A DNA stretch of 64,000 bases, taken from contig JAGWFT010000001.1 in NCBI GenBank assembly GCA_028867755.1, positions 900,727-964,726 on the forward strand, given 5' to 3'. This document shows positions 1-9,427 of the stretch, piece by piece. The stretch is from Nitrososphaerota archaeon (GTDB lineage Archaea > Thermoproteota > Nitrososphaeria > Nitrososphaerales > Nitrosopumilaceae). The translations under genes and the position numbers were made by a program. Every line of letters begins with the position of its first letter. The first letter of the stretch is position 1. The notes under the pieces were generated by a model that saw nothing but the letters and a program-made list of their open reading frames with translations, ran no database searches and was not told the DNA's origin.

Positions 1-97
1 GACTCGTACCAAAAATAGGTTTAAACCAGAATTTGCGATAAAAAGGCAGACCTGTTACTAGAGATTGTAAATCTCATTGAATTTTAATTATATGAAA

Positions 98-598
98 TTA
101 AGAACCGTATTGTTTGTGAGCCAATTTAGGAAACAATTTTTCTAATGTTTCCATTGCCTTTTGTTCACTTGTCTGCTTTGCTTTTTCAAGATTGACTTTT
201 GTGTTGTTTCCTGATTCGTTTGTACTGGTATAATTAAACTGTTCATAGCTAATCTTTGCAGAAAAATTTTTCTTCGTTGAGCCAATTGTTTCTAGATATT
301 GTTTAGCTTTTTCTTCACTTGCCTGTTTAGCTTTTTCTATCTCAGCATTTCTGTCTTTGGTTGATTGCCCTGCAGTGGTATAATTGAGATTCCCATAGCC
401 CGATTTTATTCCAAGGTTCTTGAGATACTCTTCGGCATGCTCTTCATTTAATTTTTTTAGTTTGTTTAATTCATTTACACTGTTAATATCTGCAAAGACA
501 TACTGAATCGGATTGCAAAGAACAGAGACAAGTAGTATTGAGATAGAAATCGCTGCTATAACTTTCAAATTTTCTGTCTTGGCCATCTCGGGTGTCAT
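98..598 (-). CDS. Exported/membrane-anchored hypothetical protein with internal helical repeats
   Basis: 166-aa ORF. N-terminal hydrophobic segment (VIAAISISILLVSVLC), then ~2.5 copies of NYT..N..(I/L)EKAKQxSExKA..xLE. Confidence 0.7.
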   Translation of the reverse strand: MTPEMAKTENLKVIAAISISILLVSVLCNPIQYVFADINSVNELNKLKKLNEEHAEEYLKNLGIKSGYGNLNYTTAGQSTKDRNAEIEKAKQASEEKAKQYLETIGSTKKNFSAKISYEQFNYTSTNESGNNTKVNLEKAKQTSEQKAMETLEKLFPKLAHKQYGS

Positions 599-924
599 CT
601 AAACTGCTCTTCGAGCAAATCTACACAAGTAAGTAAGAGATCTCTGCTTTTCTTTACAAGCCAGCCTGGGAATTCTTCTATCGTAAAAACTAGTTGTTGC
701 TGAAAACTTGGTGGTATGCCTCCTCCTGACGTTACCACCTGCACTATGACATAATCATCAGTTAGCGTACAGACTGTCTCCTGATACGACTCTCCTTCCT
801 CTTCCATTGTTGTCCTGTATAGTACTATTGGTATTTTTGTTCTTGCCACGTGAGCAGAGCCCTTTTTTAACAATACCTGAAAGTGAGACAGCAGCCAGCC
901 ATCAAGTGTAATCTGTTTTGGCAT
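595..924 (-). CDS. Hypothetical protein, co-oriented downstream of ileS
   Basis: 109-aa ATG ORF; overlaps the next gene by 4 nt, suggesting translational coupling. Confidence 0.7.
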   Translation of the reverse strand: MPKQITLDGWLLSHFQVLLKKGSAHVARTKIPIVLYRTTMEEEGESYQETVCTLTDDYVIVQVVTSGGGIPPSFQQQLVFTIEEFPGWLVKKSRDLLLTCVDLLEEQFR

Positions 925-969
925 GATAACTGATCTCTATCTAATTATTTAATTGAAATGGATAAAACG

Positions 970-3900
970 CTACTCAATAGAGATTTGTATCTTTTGACCA
1001 TCAAGATCCTCATCTTTGTAGCTTTTGGCCTTGTCTGAAAATTCAACTCTTTTTGCCCTCACAAGAAAGGCAAGCTCGGATTGTTTCTCCTTGACCATCT
1101 CAAGTGAGTCGTCATCAAGGCCTAGTATGTATGCAGCATCCAAGACATCAGTTGGGTTGTATGCACGCTCCTTTCTGAGCACCTGCAATCGTCTTGCAAT
1201 GTCTCGAACCAGCCCGCGTACCATCATCTCACGGTTTCTTGCCGTGTTGATAAATACAATGAGCGAATCACGCCTTGCCATGGCGTATCCATCTTGCTCT
1301 GCAAAATCTATTACAAAATCATCTCTGTCAAGCTCGATCTTGTTGTTGCCAAGATCAAATGTGTAGGACCCTTTTTTCAATAATGCATCTACAATTGCAT
1401 CTTGTGCAGTCTGCGAGAACTTTGCTACAAGGCTTCCCATGTCTTGCTTTGCCTTTGGCCCTATCTTCTTTCGTTCAAGTTCCACTTTTGGAACAATCGG
1501 TAATTTTGCATTCATTAGATTTGCTATTAGCTCAAGTCCTTCTGATTTTGGTAATTCCACTATACGGTATTTTTCTACGTTGAGCTGCTGTATCATCAGG
1601 TCTGACAAGGACTCTAGTTTTTGTTTTTGTGATGGTTCGACACATATGATTGCCTCATTTAGGGGCCATCTTCGTTTCAATTTTCCTTTCATTCTTGCTG
1701 CAGAAGAAATCGAGACTGCTTCTTTCATCAGGTCAAATGATTCTTCTACTTTATCACTGACAAGTGACTTCTGCGGGGCAGGAAAGTCTTCTAAGAGTAT
1801 GTTCTTTTTTTCAGAAAACATGGCAGAGTGCAAGTATTGAGTTGTAAATGGGCAAATAGGATGAATCAAAATATCTAGTGTTCTTAAGATCTCATACAGT
1901 GTGGCATAAATTGCAAGCCTTCGCTCTCGCAGTGAGTCGTCTTCTGCCCATAACTCTTCTCTTGTAATTGGGATGTAGACTTGGCTTACGGAATTTATGA
2001 TATAGTCGTCAATTGCTTTTGCTGCCTCGTGAAACCTGCACCTGTCTTGTGATTCAATCACAGAAGAAATTAGTTTTTGAAGTTTTGAGAGTATCCACAC
2101 CTCTGGCTCTTTTAGTAGGTTCTTGTCTTTTGCCCACTGGACTGTAAATGACTTGTCATACTTGTCATACTCACTATTTTGTTTTAGGTAGATGTGCAAG
2201 TGATATAGTGTGCTAAGAATCTGGTAGGGTCTTGAAACAAGCTCGTCTGTGCTAAAGTTAAGAGGCTCAATTGGACTTGCCTTCCACATGAAATACAGGC
2301 GAATCAAATCAACTGGATACTTGTTCATTAACTCTATTGCATCTAGTACGTTTCCCTGACTCTTGCTCATCTTGTTGCCGTTCTTGTCAAGAACATGTCC
2401 CTGAAAGAGAAATGACTTGAATGGTGCAACAGGAGCGTTGTTGAATATTACATTTTCAATTAATAGTGTGTATGCCCATCCTCTTGTCTGGTCTATTCCT
2501 TCGGTAAGAAATACTGCAGGGATGTACTCTTTGTAATCACTGTCGGCAAGCGATGCATATGGTGCGGCTCCGCTGTTGTGCCATGTATCCAAAACAAACT
2601 GCTCTCGCTCCATCTTTGATTTGCATTTGTTGCAGTTTATTCCAACCTTGTCTATCCATGGTCTGTGCAGCTCAAAGCTTGGCCCGTCGGGAAGATCTGA
2701 TGACGCCTTGATTATCTCGTCTCTTGAGAAGAACCACTTTTGGTTTCCACAGTTTTTGCAATTCCAAAGAGGAAGCGGGCATCCCCAGATGCGCTCCCTT
2801 GAGATGCACCATGGGTGCTTGTCCTTGATTATCTCTACAAATCTGTTTTTTGGGGGCTCAAAAAAATATTCTACATTTTCTGCAGCCTTTACTGCCTTGT
2901 CTTCTAATCTGTCAAGAAAATAAAAAAATCCCCTTCTTGCAAGCCAGAGAAGCTTGTGCTGTGATCTCCAGCACAATGGATACTGGTGCTTTATCTTTCC
3001 TATCTTCACAAGGGCGTTTTTTTCCTTGATAGAGTTTACTATCTTGTCGTCTGCATCGCGCACAAAGAGGCCCTCGTAGACGCCTGCATCTTTTGTAAAT
3101 TTTGCCTCGTCGTTTATAGGGTTAAAGATTGGTATCTTTCTTTTTGTTGCAATCTCAAAGTCCTCTTCGCCGTTTGCAGGAGACAGGTGTACAAGGCCGC
3201 TTCCTGTCTGTACATCTACAAAGTTTTCTGATACTATGATATGAAAATTAGGAAGCTTGGAGCGTTCCTTGAGCCCGGGGATCTCGTCTAGCAGCGGGTG
3301 GATGTATTTTTTTCCTTCAAGTGTTGCACCCTTTACCTCTTTTACAATATGGTGCTCCTCGACACGTGCCTCCTTTACGAACTCCTCTAGGCGGCTCTTG
3401 CCGACAACCCATGTCTCGTCGCCAACCTTTGCGTGGACATAATCCTCGTCTGGATTTACTCCAACCATTGTATCAGTGACCAGAGTGAACGGCATTGTAG
3501 TCCAGACAATAAGGTACAGGTCCTCGTCTTGCATCTTTACCTTGTAGTAGAGTGATGGGTCCTGGACGGTGTCATATCCTTGGTTTACTTCGGCATGACT
3601 CAGAGATGTCTGGCAGCTTGGGCAGTATGCCACCACCTTGTATGCTTCTGAGAGAATTCCACTCTCATGGGCTTTTTTTAGGTACTTCCATTCTCGTTCT
3701 ATGTACTCATCTTTGTATGTCCAGTATGCATTTTTTTGGTTAAACGACATTCCAAGTAATTTATCTGACTCTAGCCATCTCTCGTTGAATTGATGCACAA
3801 TCTTTTTGCACTCTAAAACAATTTTCTCCACTCCTGCAGATTCTATGACCTGGGACTTGCTTCCTGAGATGCCAAGCTCTTTTTCAGCCTGTAGCTCAAC

Positions 3901-4167
3901 TGGGAGACCCTGTGTGTCCCATCCTGCATTGAAGATTATCTTGTATCCTCGCAGTGTCATGTACCTGTACCACAGATCCTTCATCACTCTTCCGCGAAGA
4001 TGGCCTGCATGCGGAATGCCGTTCATGGTAGGAGGGCCTTCTATGAATACAGTTTTTTTTGTTTTATTTGTAGACTCAAAAATTAATTTTTCTAAATCAA
4101 TACCTGACAGCTGCCGCTTTACTTCTTCTTCTACTTTCTTTGGATTAAACTCTGTTGAAATCTGCAT
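970..4167 (-). CDS. ileS: Isoleucyl-tRNA synthetase (archaeal/eukaryotic type)
   Basis: 1065 aa. HIGH-like motif PHAGH, GWDTQGLPVE, WTTMPFTL, WCISRER, EGIDQTRGW and KMSKS. Confidence 0.97.
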   Translation of the reverse strand: MQISTEFNPKKVEEEVKRQLSGIDLEKLIFESTNKTKKTVFIEGPPTMNGIPHAGHLRGRVMKDLWYRYMTLRGYKIIFNAGWDTQGLPVELQAEKELGISGSKSQVIESAGVEKIVLECKKIVHQFNERWLESDKLLGMSFNQKNAYWTYKDEYIEREWKYLKKAHESGILSEAYKVVAYCPSCQTSLSHAEVNQGYDTVQDPSLYYKVKMQDEDLYLIVWTTMPFTLVTDTMVGVNPDEDYVHAKVGDETWVVGKSRLEEFVKEARVEEHHIVKEVKGATLEGKKYIHPLLDEIPGLKERSKLPNFHIIVSENFVDVQTGSGLVHLSPANGEEDFEIATKRKIPIFNPINDEAKFTKDAGVYEGLFVRDADDKIVNSIKEKNALVKIGKIKHQYPLCWRSQHKLLWLARRGFFYFLDRLEDKAVKAAENVEYFFEPPKNRFVEIIKDKHPWCISRERIWGCPLPLWNCKNCGNQKWFFSRDEIIKASSDLPDGPSFELHRPWIDKVGINCNKCKSKMEREQFVLDTWHNSGAAPYASLADSDYKEYIPAVFLTEGIDQTRGWAYTLLIENVIFNNAPVAPFKSFLFQGHVLDKNGNKMSKSQGNVLDAIELMNKYPVDLIRLYFMWKASPIEPLNFSTDELVSRPYQILSTLYHLHIYLKQNSEYDKYDKSFTVQWAKDKNLLKEPEVWILSKLQKLISSVIESQDRCRFHEAAKAIDDYIINSVSQVYIPITREELWAEDDSLRERRLAIYATLYEILRTLDILIHPICPFTTQYLHSAMFSEKKNILLEDFPAPQKSLVSDKVEESFDLMKEAVSISSAARMKGKLKRRWPLNEAIICVEPSQKQKLESLSDLMIQQLNVEKYRIVELPKSEGLELIANLMNAKLPIVPKVELERKKIGPKAKQDMGSLVAKFSQTAQDAIVDALLKKGSYTFDLGNNKIELDRDDFVIDFAEQDGYAMARRDSLIVFINTARNREMMVRGLVRDIARRLQVLRKERAYNPTDVLDAAYILGLDDDSLEMVKEKQSELAFLVRAKRVEFSDKAKSYKDEDLDGQKIQISIE

Positions 4168-4283
4168 TAACAGATGGTGATAATTTTACTGATTTAATAA
4201 AGGTACAAAGTTGGAATCTGTTATATTGTATTTATGATAAAATTCCCCTTTTGCTAACCCGAAGCTTTTTTGCTTCTCTCTGG

Positions 4284-4682
4284 CTATGTCCATACTTTGA
4301 TTGAACCTTTTTTGTATTTCTCGTACAGCCCTATCTTGTATAGCTTCTTTTCTAGTTCCTTTTTGAGCTCTTTTGGTATTGCTATATGAAGAGGAATGTC
4401 CTTGCCATCCATCTCTCTGCCTGTAAATGCCTTCAATTGCGCATCTATGTTTGGGTCGTCTTTGAGGCTAGTTTTTGCCTCGCCAAAATGTCGTAATGCT
4501 CCCTTCATTCCTTCCAAGTCTGGAGTCTGTCCATCTCTTTCCTTTGGCTTTGGAAGAGACCTGTATCTCTCATCAAAATATTCTGGTGTCTTGTCTATGT
4601 CGATGTGTGTTATTGTTATTCCCTGTGATTCCATGGTGTTTGCCAGGGAGTTTACCAATCTCTGATGCTCATCTGATGTCAT
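4284..4682 (-). CDS. Small hypothetical protein with possible PD-(D/E)xK nuclease-like motif
   Basis: 132-aa ATG ORF containing PDLEGMKGALRHFGEAKT (PD...ExK spacing). Confidence 0.6.
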   Translation of the reverse strand: MTSDEHQRLVNSLANTMESQGITITHIDIDKTPEYFDERYRSLPKPKERDGQTPDLEGMKGALRHFGEAKTSLKDDPNIDAQLKAFTGREMDGKDIPLHIAIPKELKKELEKKLYKIGLYEKYKKGSIKVWT

Positions 4683-4824
4683 GTTGATAACACCACCATA
4701 TGATAAAATCTAGGTATTATTTGATTTGTTAGATGTTCTTGCTTTGTGGATTGTGGGCGAATTTTTTTGTATTGATATTTTTTTGAAAAAAAAATTTGCC
4801 TATTTTATAATATCAAGACGCAAA

Positions 4825-4858
4825 ATTAGGAAGGGAAAGTCTAGCCGCTTTCCCTAAT
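4825..4858 (-). terminator. Hairpin plus T-tract just downstream of the small membrane-protein gene
   Basis: GGGAAAG (4833-4839) pairs with CTTTCCC (4848-4854), with outer ATTAG/CTAAT; followed by TTTT on the minus strand. Confidence 0.4.
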
Positions 4859-4863
4859 CTTTT

Positions 4864-5097
4864 CTATGTAGCTCTAAAAACGAATGCTAGATAGCCTACC
4901 AAAACGCCTGCGGACATTAGACCTGCTGACTCGTAAAAACCCACGACATTGCTTCCTCCACCGTATCCTCCAGCTTCTGGGTTGATGCCAAATATGATAG
5001 TAAAACAGCAAGCCAACATTATGGCTACTGCTATTGGCAGGTACTCATCATGGCGTTTTCTTTGTTGCACTTTGCCAGACGAATCGTATGTTGACAT
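4864..5097 (-). CDS. Small two-TM membrane protein (77 aa from MSTYDSSGK)
   Basis: Two hydrophobic segments joined by a Gly-rich loop. The ATG at 5097 lies ~25 nt after a TATA-like element, so it is preferred over the longer ORF-track start. Confidence 0.55.
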   Translation of the reverse strand: MSTYDSSGKVQQRKRHDEYLPIAVAIMLACCFTIIFGINPEAGGYGGGSNVVGFYESAGLMSAGVLVGYLAFVFRAT

Positions 5098-5183
5098 TGC
5101 CTCCCATACGTTATACATAGATATAGAGATATTCTGAATTTTTAGCACAAATATACAGATAAATGCTTAATTATTGAACAAAT

Positions 5184-5642
5184 GTGCATTATTGTATGGC
5201 AGTTGACGATCTGGATAGGCGTATACTAGAAGAACTGTTGAAGAACTCAAAGCGCTCGTACAGGCAACTTGCAGACGAGTTGAAGATTGCGCCTGGAACT
5301 GTTCTAAAAAGAATAAAGGACTTGGAATCAAGTGGGATAATCAAAAGCTATTCTGTGGTAATAGATCAAAGCAAACTAGGCTCGCAAATCATTGCCATAA
5401 TAGAAATACTTTCGTCAGGCGGGAAATTAGAAGAGATGGGAAAAAAGCTATCAAAACTGCCCAACATTTACTGTGTTTATGAAACCACTGGCTCCCCTGA
5501 TGTGATCATAATTGGAAAATTCAGGGATACTGACGAGCTTAGCAAGTTTGCAAGATATCTTTTAGGGCTGCCGTCTGTTAGCAGAACAAATACACATGTG
5601 GTGCTAAATACAGTCAAGGAAGATTTTAGAATTTTAATCTAG
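5184..5642 (+). CDS. Lrp/AsnC family transcriptional regulator (true start probably ATG 5196, MAVDDLD)
   Basis: DDLDRRILEELLKNSKRSYRQLADEL HTH, LESSGIIKSYSVVID and TTGSPDVII RAM domain. Confidence 0.92.
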   Translation: MHYCMAVDDLDRRILEELLKNSKRSYRQLADELKIAPGTVLKRIKDLESSGIIKSYSVVIDQSKLGSQIIAIIEILSSGGKLEEMGKKLSKLPNIYCVYETTGSPDVIIIGKFRDTDELSKFARYLLGLPSVSRTNTHVVLNTVKEDFRILI

Positions 5643-5670
5643 TCTGAAAAATACTTTTTGTAGTTCTGGC

Positions 5671-6843
5671 TTAGCTTAGTGCTATTTTGGAATCTACCTT
5701 GATGTGTATTTTTTCGCCAGTGTGTTGGTGGTCGTTGTAAATCATCTTTGTCTTGATTCCCTTTTTATTTAGATACCCTTCAAGCAATAGTGCCCAAGGA
5801 ATAGAGTGACCGCTATTTACTTTGGATTCAATAACAAAGTGGTTGCCCTGAGATTCGTACCTTAGCTGACCTGAACATGTAATATCAAGCGTAGAATCAA
5901 CAAGCGTAATTATCTCGTCAAGTGTCTTTGATTGTAGATCAAGGCCATTTTTTTCCAAAAATGCCAAAATGTCCATTGCTTTGCCCTTTGAGCGCAGCAT
6001 TGTGTTTAGGACAAAACCCAAGCCATTCTCATTTATCAACTGGACTACCTTGAGCGTCTCTTGGGCGTCTGATTTTGTCATGTCTGATAAATTGTTAACC
6101 TTGATTCCATTCTTCCAGGCGTGGTCAAAAGTCTTGACCTGGTTTGTGCCAAGAACATCAGTTGACAGAAATATCGCGCCCTTGCCGTTGCTGCTATTTA
6201 TCATAAGAATCTCAGAATCATCAAAAGTGATGACGTTTTGAGAAACTTCGGCAGTTTTTAATTTTATTTCTGCTGGCAAGTCGTGGAAGGCATCAGTGCC
6301 TACAAGATTTGACGGAATCACTATCTTGACATCTATGTTTCTTCTAAGCGCAGCCAAGAGTTCTTCCTTGCACTGTGCAATAAGGCCAAGTCCCCAAGAA
6401 TCAATTATTGCATGAATTGATGTCTTTGAGCCCTCTATCATTGACTGGAATTGTTTGAAAACATAATTCTGGGCAAGATGGAAATATCTTTTTTCTTCTG
6501 ATCCCCTTGCCTTCTTGCTGTCCTCGCTGAGTTTTTTTAATTTGGTAATTAGGCTGTTCATTGCATTTACCCGATTTATCTGCTCTTGAATTATCTCATC
6601 AAATGCATCTTCTGGGGCAATTGCAGTACACATTATTGGCTTGCTTTTTGATATTATTGTAATCTTCTTTTTTTCAAGTTTTAGTAATGTTGGATAAACT
6701 TTGGTTCTTGGCAAGTTGGAATAGTATGCAAGCTCGCCTGCAGAAATGGTGCCCTTTGTGATTAGCGTCACATAGGCCTGAGCCTCGTACTTGCTTAGGC
6801 CAAACTCTTCCAAGCTTACTGCTAAATCCTGCCCCTTGACCAT
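5671..6843 (-). CDS. TrmB family transcriptional regulator
   Basis: LEEFGLSKYEAQAYVTL...LPRTKVYPTLLKLEKK TrmB wHTH followed by an effector-binding region. Confidence 0.9.
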   Translation of the reverse strand: MVKGQDLAVSLEEFGLSKYEAQAYVTLITKGTISAGELAYYSNLPRTKVYPTLLKLEKKKITIISKSKPIMCTAIAPEDAFDEIIQEQINRVNAMNSLITKLKKLSEDSKKARGSEEKRYFHLAQNYVFKQFQSMIEGSKTSIHAIIDSWGLGLIAQCKEELLAALRRNIDVKIVIPSNLVGTDAFHDLPAEIKLKTAEVSQNVITFDDSEILMINSSNGKGAIFLSTDVLGTNQVKTFDHAWKNGIKVNNLSDMTKSDAQETLKVVQLINENGLGFVLNTMLRSKGKAMDILAFLEKNGLDLQSKTLDEIITLVDSTLDITCSGQLRYESQGNHFVIESKVNSGHSIPWALLLEGYLNKKGIKTKMIYNDHQHTGEKIHIKVDSKIALS

Positions 6844-7001
6844 GGCTGAGATTATCTATTTGCAAGGTAAGCTCAATAGCTAAATTCATTGAACAAAGGC
6901 TAGAAAAAATACTAAGCTGTAACTGCGCACTGCGTTACTGTGGTTACACAAGTTGTCGCTACATGGGTTTGATATATCAAAATCCAAAACCATATCTGAA
7001 A

Positions 7002-7565
7002 ATGGCAACTCAATCAAAATGGGTAATAGAAGATGAGACTAAAAATCAGATTGTTCGAGCAAGTACCATAAAACCTAGGATAGACTATGCAACCGAGATT
7101 GTAGACAAGACACTTGAGATCCTAGCACAAAAGAGACTTGACCTCAATAGGTCAAACCTGTCACTTTACAAGCAGTCAGATGGTGCCTCCGCATCTTTCA
7201 AGGTGCTTGAAGGGGGAGTAAGACACGAGCTTGAAATCTTGTATGCAATAGAGTCACTAAGGCAGGTAAGGCGAAGCCTTGATTGTATAGCGGGAATAGG
7301 AAATGTCCCTATTTCTCTTGCACCTACCATATCAATTGTAAGGGCAACTCGGTCAAGGATGCTTTCTATAATGCCTGCCCTTGACTTTCAACTAGGTGAG
7401 CTGTCACTTCTTTTGGGCGGGGTCATAATAGATGCAGCCCACATTGCAAGCTCTTGTCTGGACTTTGAGAGGGCAAACAAAGAATCAAGAATTTTACTTG
7501 ATGAAGCGAAGTTGATTGCCGACTCTAAAATATGCAAGCAGTTCCCTAATCTAGATTTACTGTAA
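7002..7565 (+). CDS. Divergent ESCRT-III / CdvB-family (Snf7-like) protein
   Basis: Recognisable thaumarchaeal CdvB pattern: N-terminal W, IKPRI, GNVPISLAPTISIVR, IMPALDFQLGELSLLLGG, ANKESRILLDEAKLIA, KQFP. ATG 7002 lies ~25-30 nt after GATATATC. Two genes upstream of Vps4. Confidence 0.75.
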   Translation: MATQSKWVIEDETKNQIVRASTIKPRIDYATEIVDKTLEILAQKRLDLNRSNLSLYKQSDGASASFKVLEGGVRHELEILYAIESLRQVRRSLDCIAGIGNVPISLAPTISIVRATRSRMLSIMPALDFQLGELSLLLGGVIIDAAHIASSCLDFERANKESRILLDEAKLIADSKICKQFPNLDLL

Positions 7566-7574
7566 GGCCTTACC

Positions 7575-8135
7575 ATGTTACATTTCTCAAAAGATGACTC
7601 AGAGTATGACCTGTCTCATCCTCTTTTTAAAATCAAGACACTATCATCTAAGATTGAGCAGAAAATTGTCCAAAAAGACAATGGAAAAGAAGATGGCTTT
7701 ATCGAGACACTATCAGTTGAGGAGCTAAAGGACCTCCGGCAGGTAATTCTTGCATCTGAATATCTGCTTACAAAATATCAGGATAAAAAAGACCTCAAAG
7801 AATTCCTCGAGGAGTTCATTGGTATCATAATGCATGCTGCAAACTCAGTTAATGTCCTAAAAGACGACATGGAAGACTTGGTAATATCAGCAGAAGTAGC
7901 ATTGCAGCAGATTCAGACTCTGCATTACGATGTAACCCAGAACCTGGCCTTTGGAAGGGGAACACAAACAAAACTAGACGAATTTAAACTGCCTCTTGTC
8001 AAGACAGCGCCTGTCATGCCAGAGCCTGTAAAGGCCCAGCCTGAGGCATCTGGCACAAGTTCAATTAATTTAACAAATCCTACTAGACGAGTTCACACCA
8101 GTGATTACCTAACAAGAACCGCAGTTGAGATCTAG
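7575..8135 (+). CDS. Uncharacterised acidic helical protein between ESCRT-III and Vps4
   Basis: 186-aa ATG ORF with 9-nt and 11-nt gaps to its neighbours; Pro-rich C-terminal tail. Confidence 0.75.
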   Translation: MLHFSKDDSEYDLSHPLFKIKTLSSKIEQKIVQKDNGKEDGFIETLSVEELKDLRQVILASEYLLTKYQDKKDLKEFLEEFIGIIMHAANSVNVLKDDMEDLVISAEVALQQIQTLHYDVTQNLAFGRGTQTKLDEFKLPLVKTAPVMPEPVKAQPEASGTSSINLTNPTRRVHTSDYLTRTAVEI

Positions 8136-8146
8136 TTGGTAATATT

Positions 8147-9331
8147 ATGAGTCTAGCCCCGCAAGAACTAGAAAACAGTGCAAGTAGATTTGCTGCAGAA
8201 GCTATAAAGCTTGATTCTCAAGGTGCTAGAGGCATGGCAATTTCTAATTATCAGAGAGCAATAGAGTCTCTCACTAAACTGATTCAACTATACCCTGAAA
8301 ACAAACTAAATAGGGTATACCAGGAACGCGTTGCTGCATATCAGAATCGCATCAAGGCACTTCAATTGAATAATGTGGACATTGAACCAGTGGTAGATTC
8401 AAAAGCAAGCCCTGAAGAGCAAAAACAATCTCTTGCAAAAAATGATCTTGATTCATTGATAATGAAGGAAAAGCCAAACGTCAGCTGGGCTGAGGTGATA
8501 GGTCTTGAAGATGCAAAAAATGCATTGCGAGAATCAATTGTTTATCCTGCTAAACGACCTGACTTGTTTCCACTTGGATGGCCAAGAGGCATGTTGCTTT
8601 ATGGTCCGCCTGGCTGTGGCAAGACTGTACTAGCTGCTGCCACCGCAAGCGAGATTGATGGATATTTCATTAATGTTGATGCTGCATCAATGATGAGCAA
8701 ATGGCTCGGCGAAGCAGAAAAGAATGTAGCAAAATTATTTACCATGGCACGAGGAATGGCAGAAAAAGAAGGACTGCCAGTAATACTATTCATTGACGAA
8801 GTGGACTCACTTTTAGGAAACCGCAACAGCGAGATGGGCGGGGAGATTCGAGTAAAAAACCAATTCCTAACTGAGATGGATGGAATCAACGGAAAAGGAA
8901 AGGACCTCAAGCTCTATGTTATCGGAGCTACGAACAAACCTTGGAGCCTTGACTGGCCATTTCTTAGAAGATTCACAAAGAGAATCTATGTATCGCTTCC
9001 AACACTAGAGGCAAGAATTAATCTCTTTGAGCTTTACACTGCACCTCTTAAGAACGCAGGCGACGTAAAACCTGCCGAGCTTGCAAAACTTGCAGATGGA
9101 TACAGCGCAAGCGACATCAAGGACATCTGCCAGTCTGCGCAGCTAATGGTCGTAAATGACTTGTTCCACTCTCCAGAGTTCAAAGACCCTGTAGTAGGAG
9201 AAGAAAGGTCACAGCCTCGCCTTATTACAATGTCTGACTTTAAGGAAATCGTAACAAGAAGAAAGCCAAGTGTCAGCATGGAAATGATTCGCGCCTATTA
9301 CAAGTGGAGCGATCAGTTCAAAGCTCTGTAG
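8147..9331 (+). CDS. cdvC: Vps4/CdvC AAA+ ATPase with N-terminal MIT domain
   Basis: MIT helices (AAEAIKLDSQG...YQRAIE), Walker A GPPGCGKT, Walker B LFIDEVD, ATNKPWSLD and RRFTKRIYV. Confidence 0.93.
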   Translation: MSLAPQELENSASRFAAEAIKLDSQGARGMAISNYQRAIESLTKLIQLYPENKLNRVYQERVAAYQNRIKALQLNNVDIEPVVDSKASPEEQKQSLAKNDLDSLIMKEKPNVSWAEVIGLEDAKNALRESIVYPAKRPDLFPLGWPRGMLLYGPPGCGKTVLAAATASEIDGYFINVDAASMMSKWLGEAEKNVAKLFTMARGMAEKEGLPVILFIDEVDSLLGNRNSEMGGEIRVKNQFLTEMDGINGKGKDLKLYVIGATNKPWSLDWPFLRRFTKRIYVSLPTLEARINLFELYTAPLKNAGDVKPAELAKLADGYSASDIKDICQSAQLMVVNDLFHSPEFKDPVVGEERSQPRLITMSDFKEIVTRRKPSVSMEMIRAYYKWSDQFKAL

Positions 9332-9427
9332 ATTTTTCAAATCTATTGTGGAACCGTTGTACTTTAAACCAGAAAACAAAAACCAAATCTAGATCGACAT
9401 AAAACTTAAATTCTCATTGTTCTGCAG

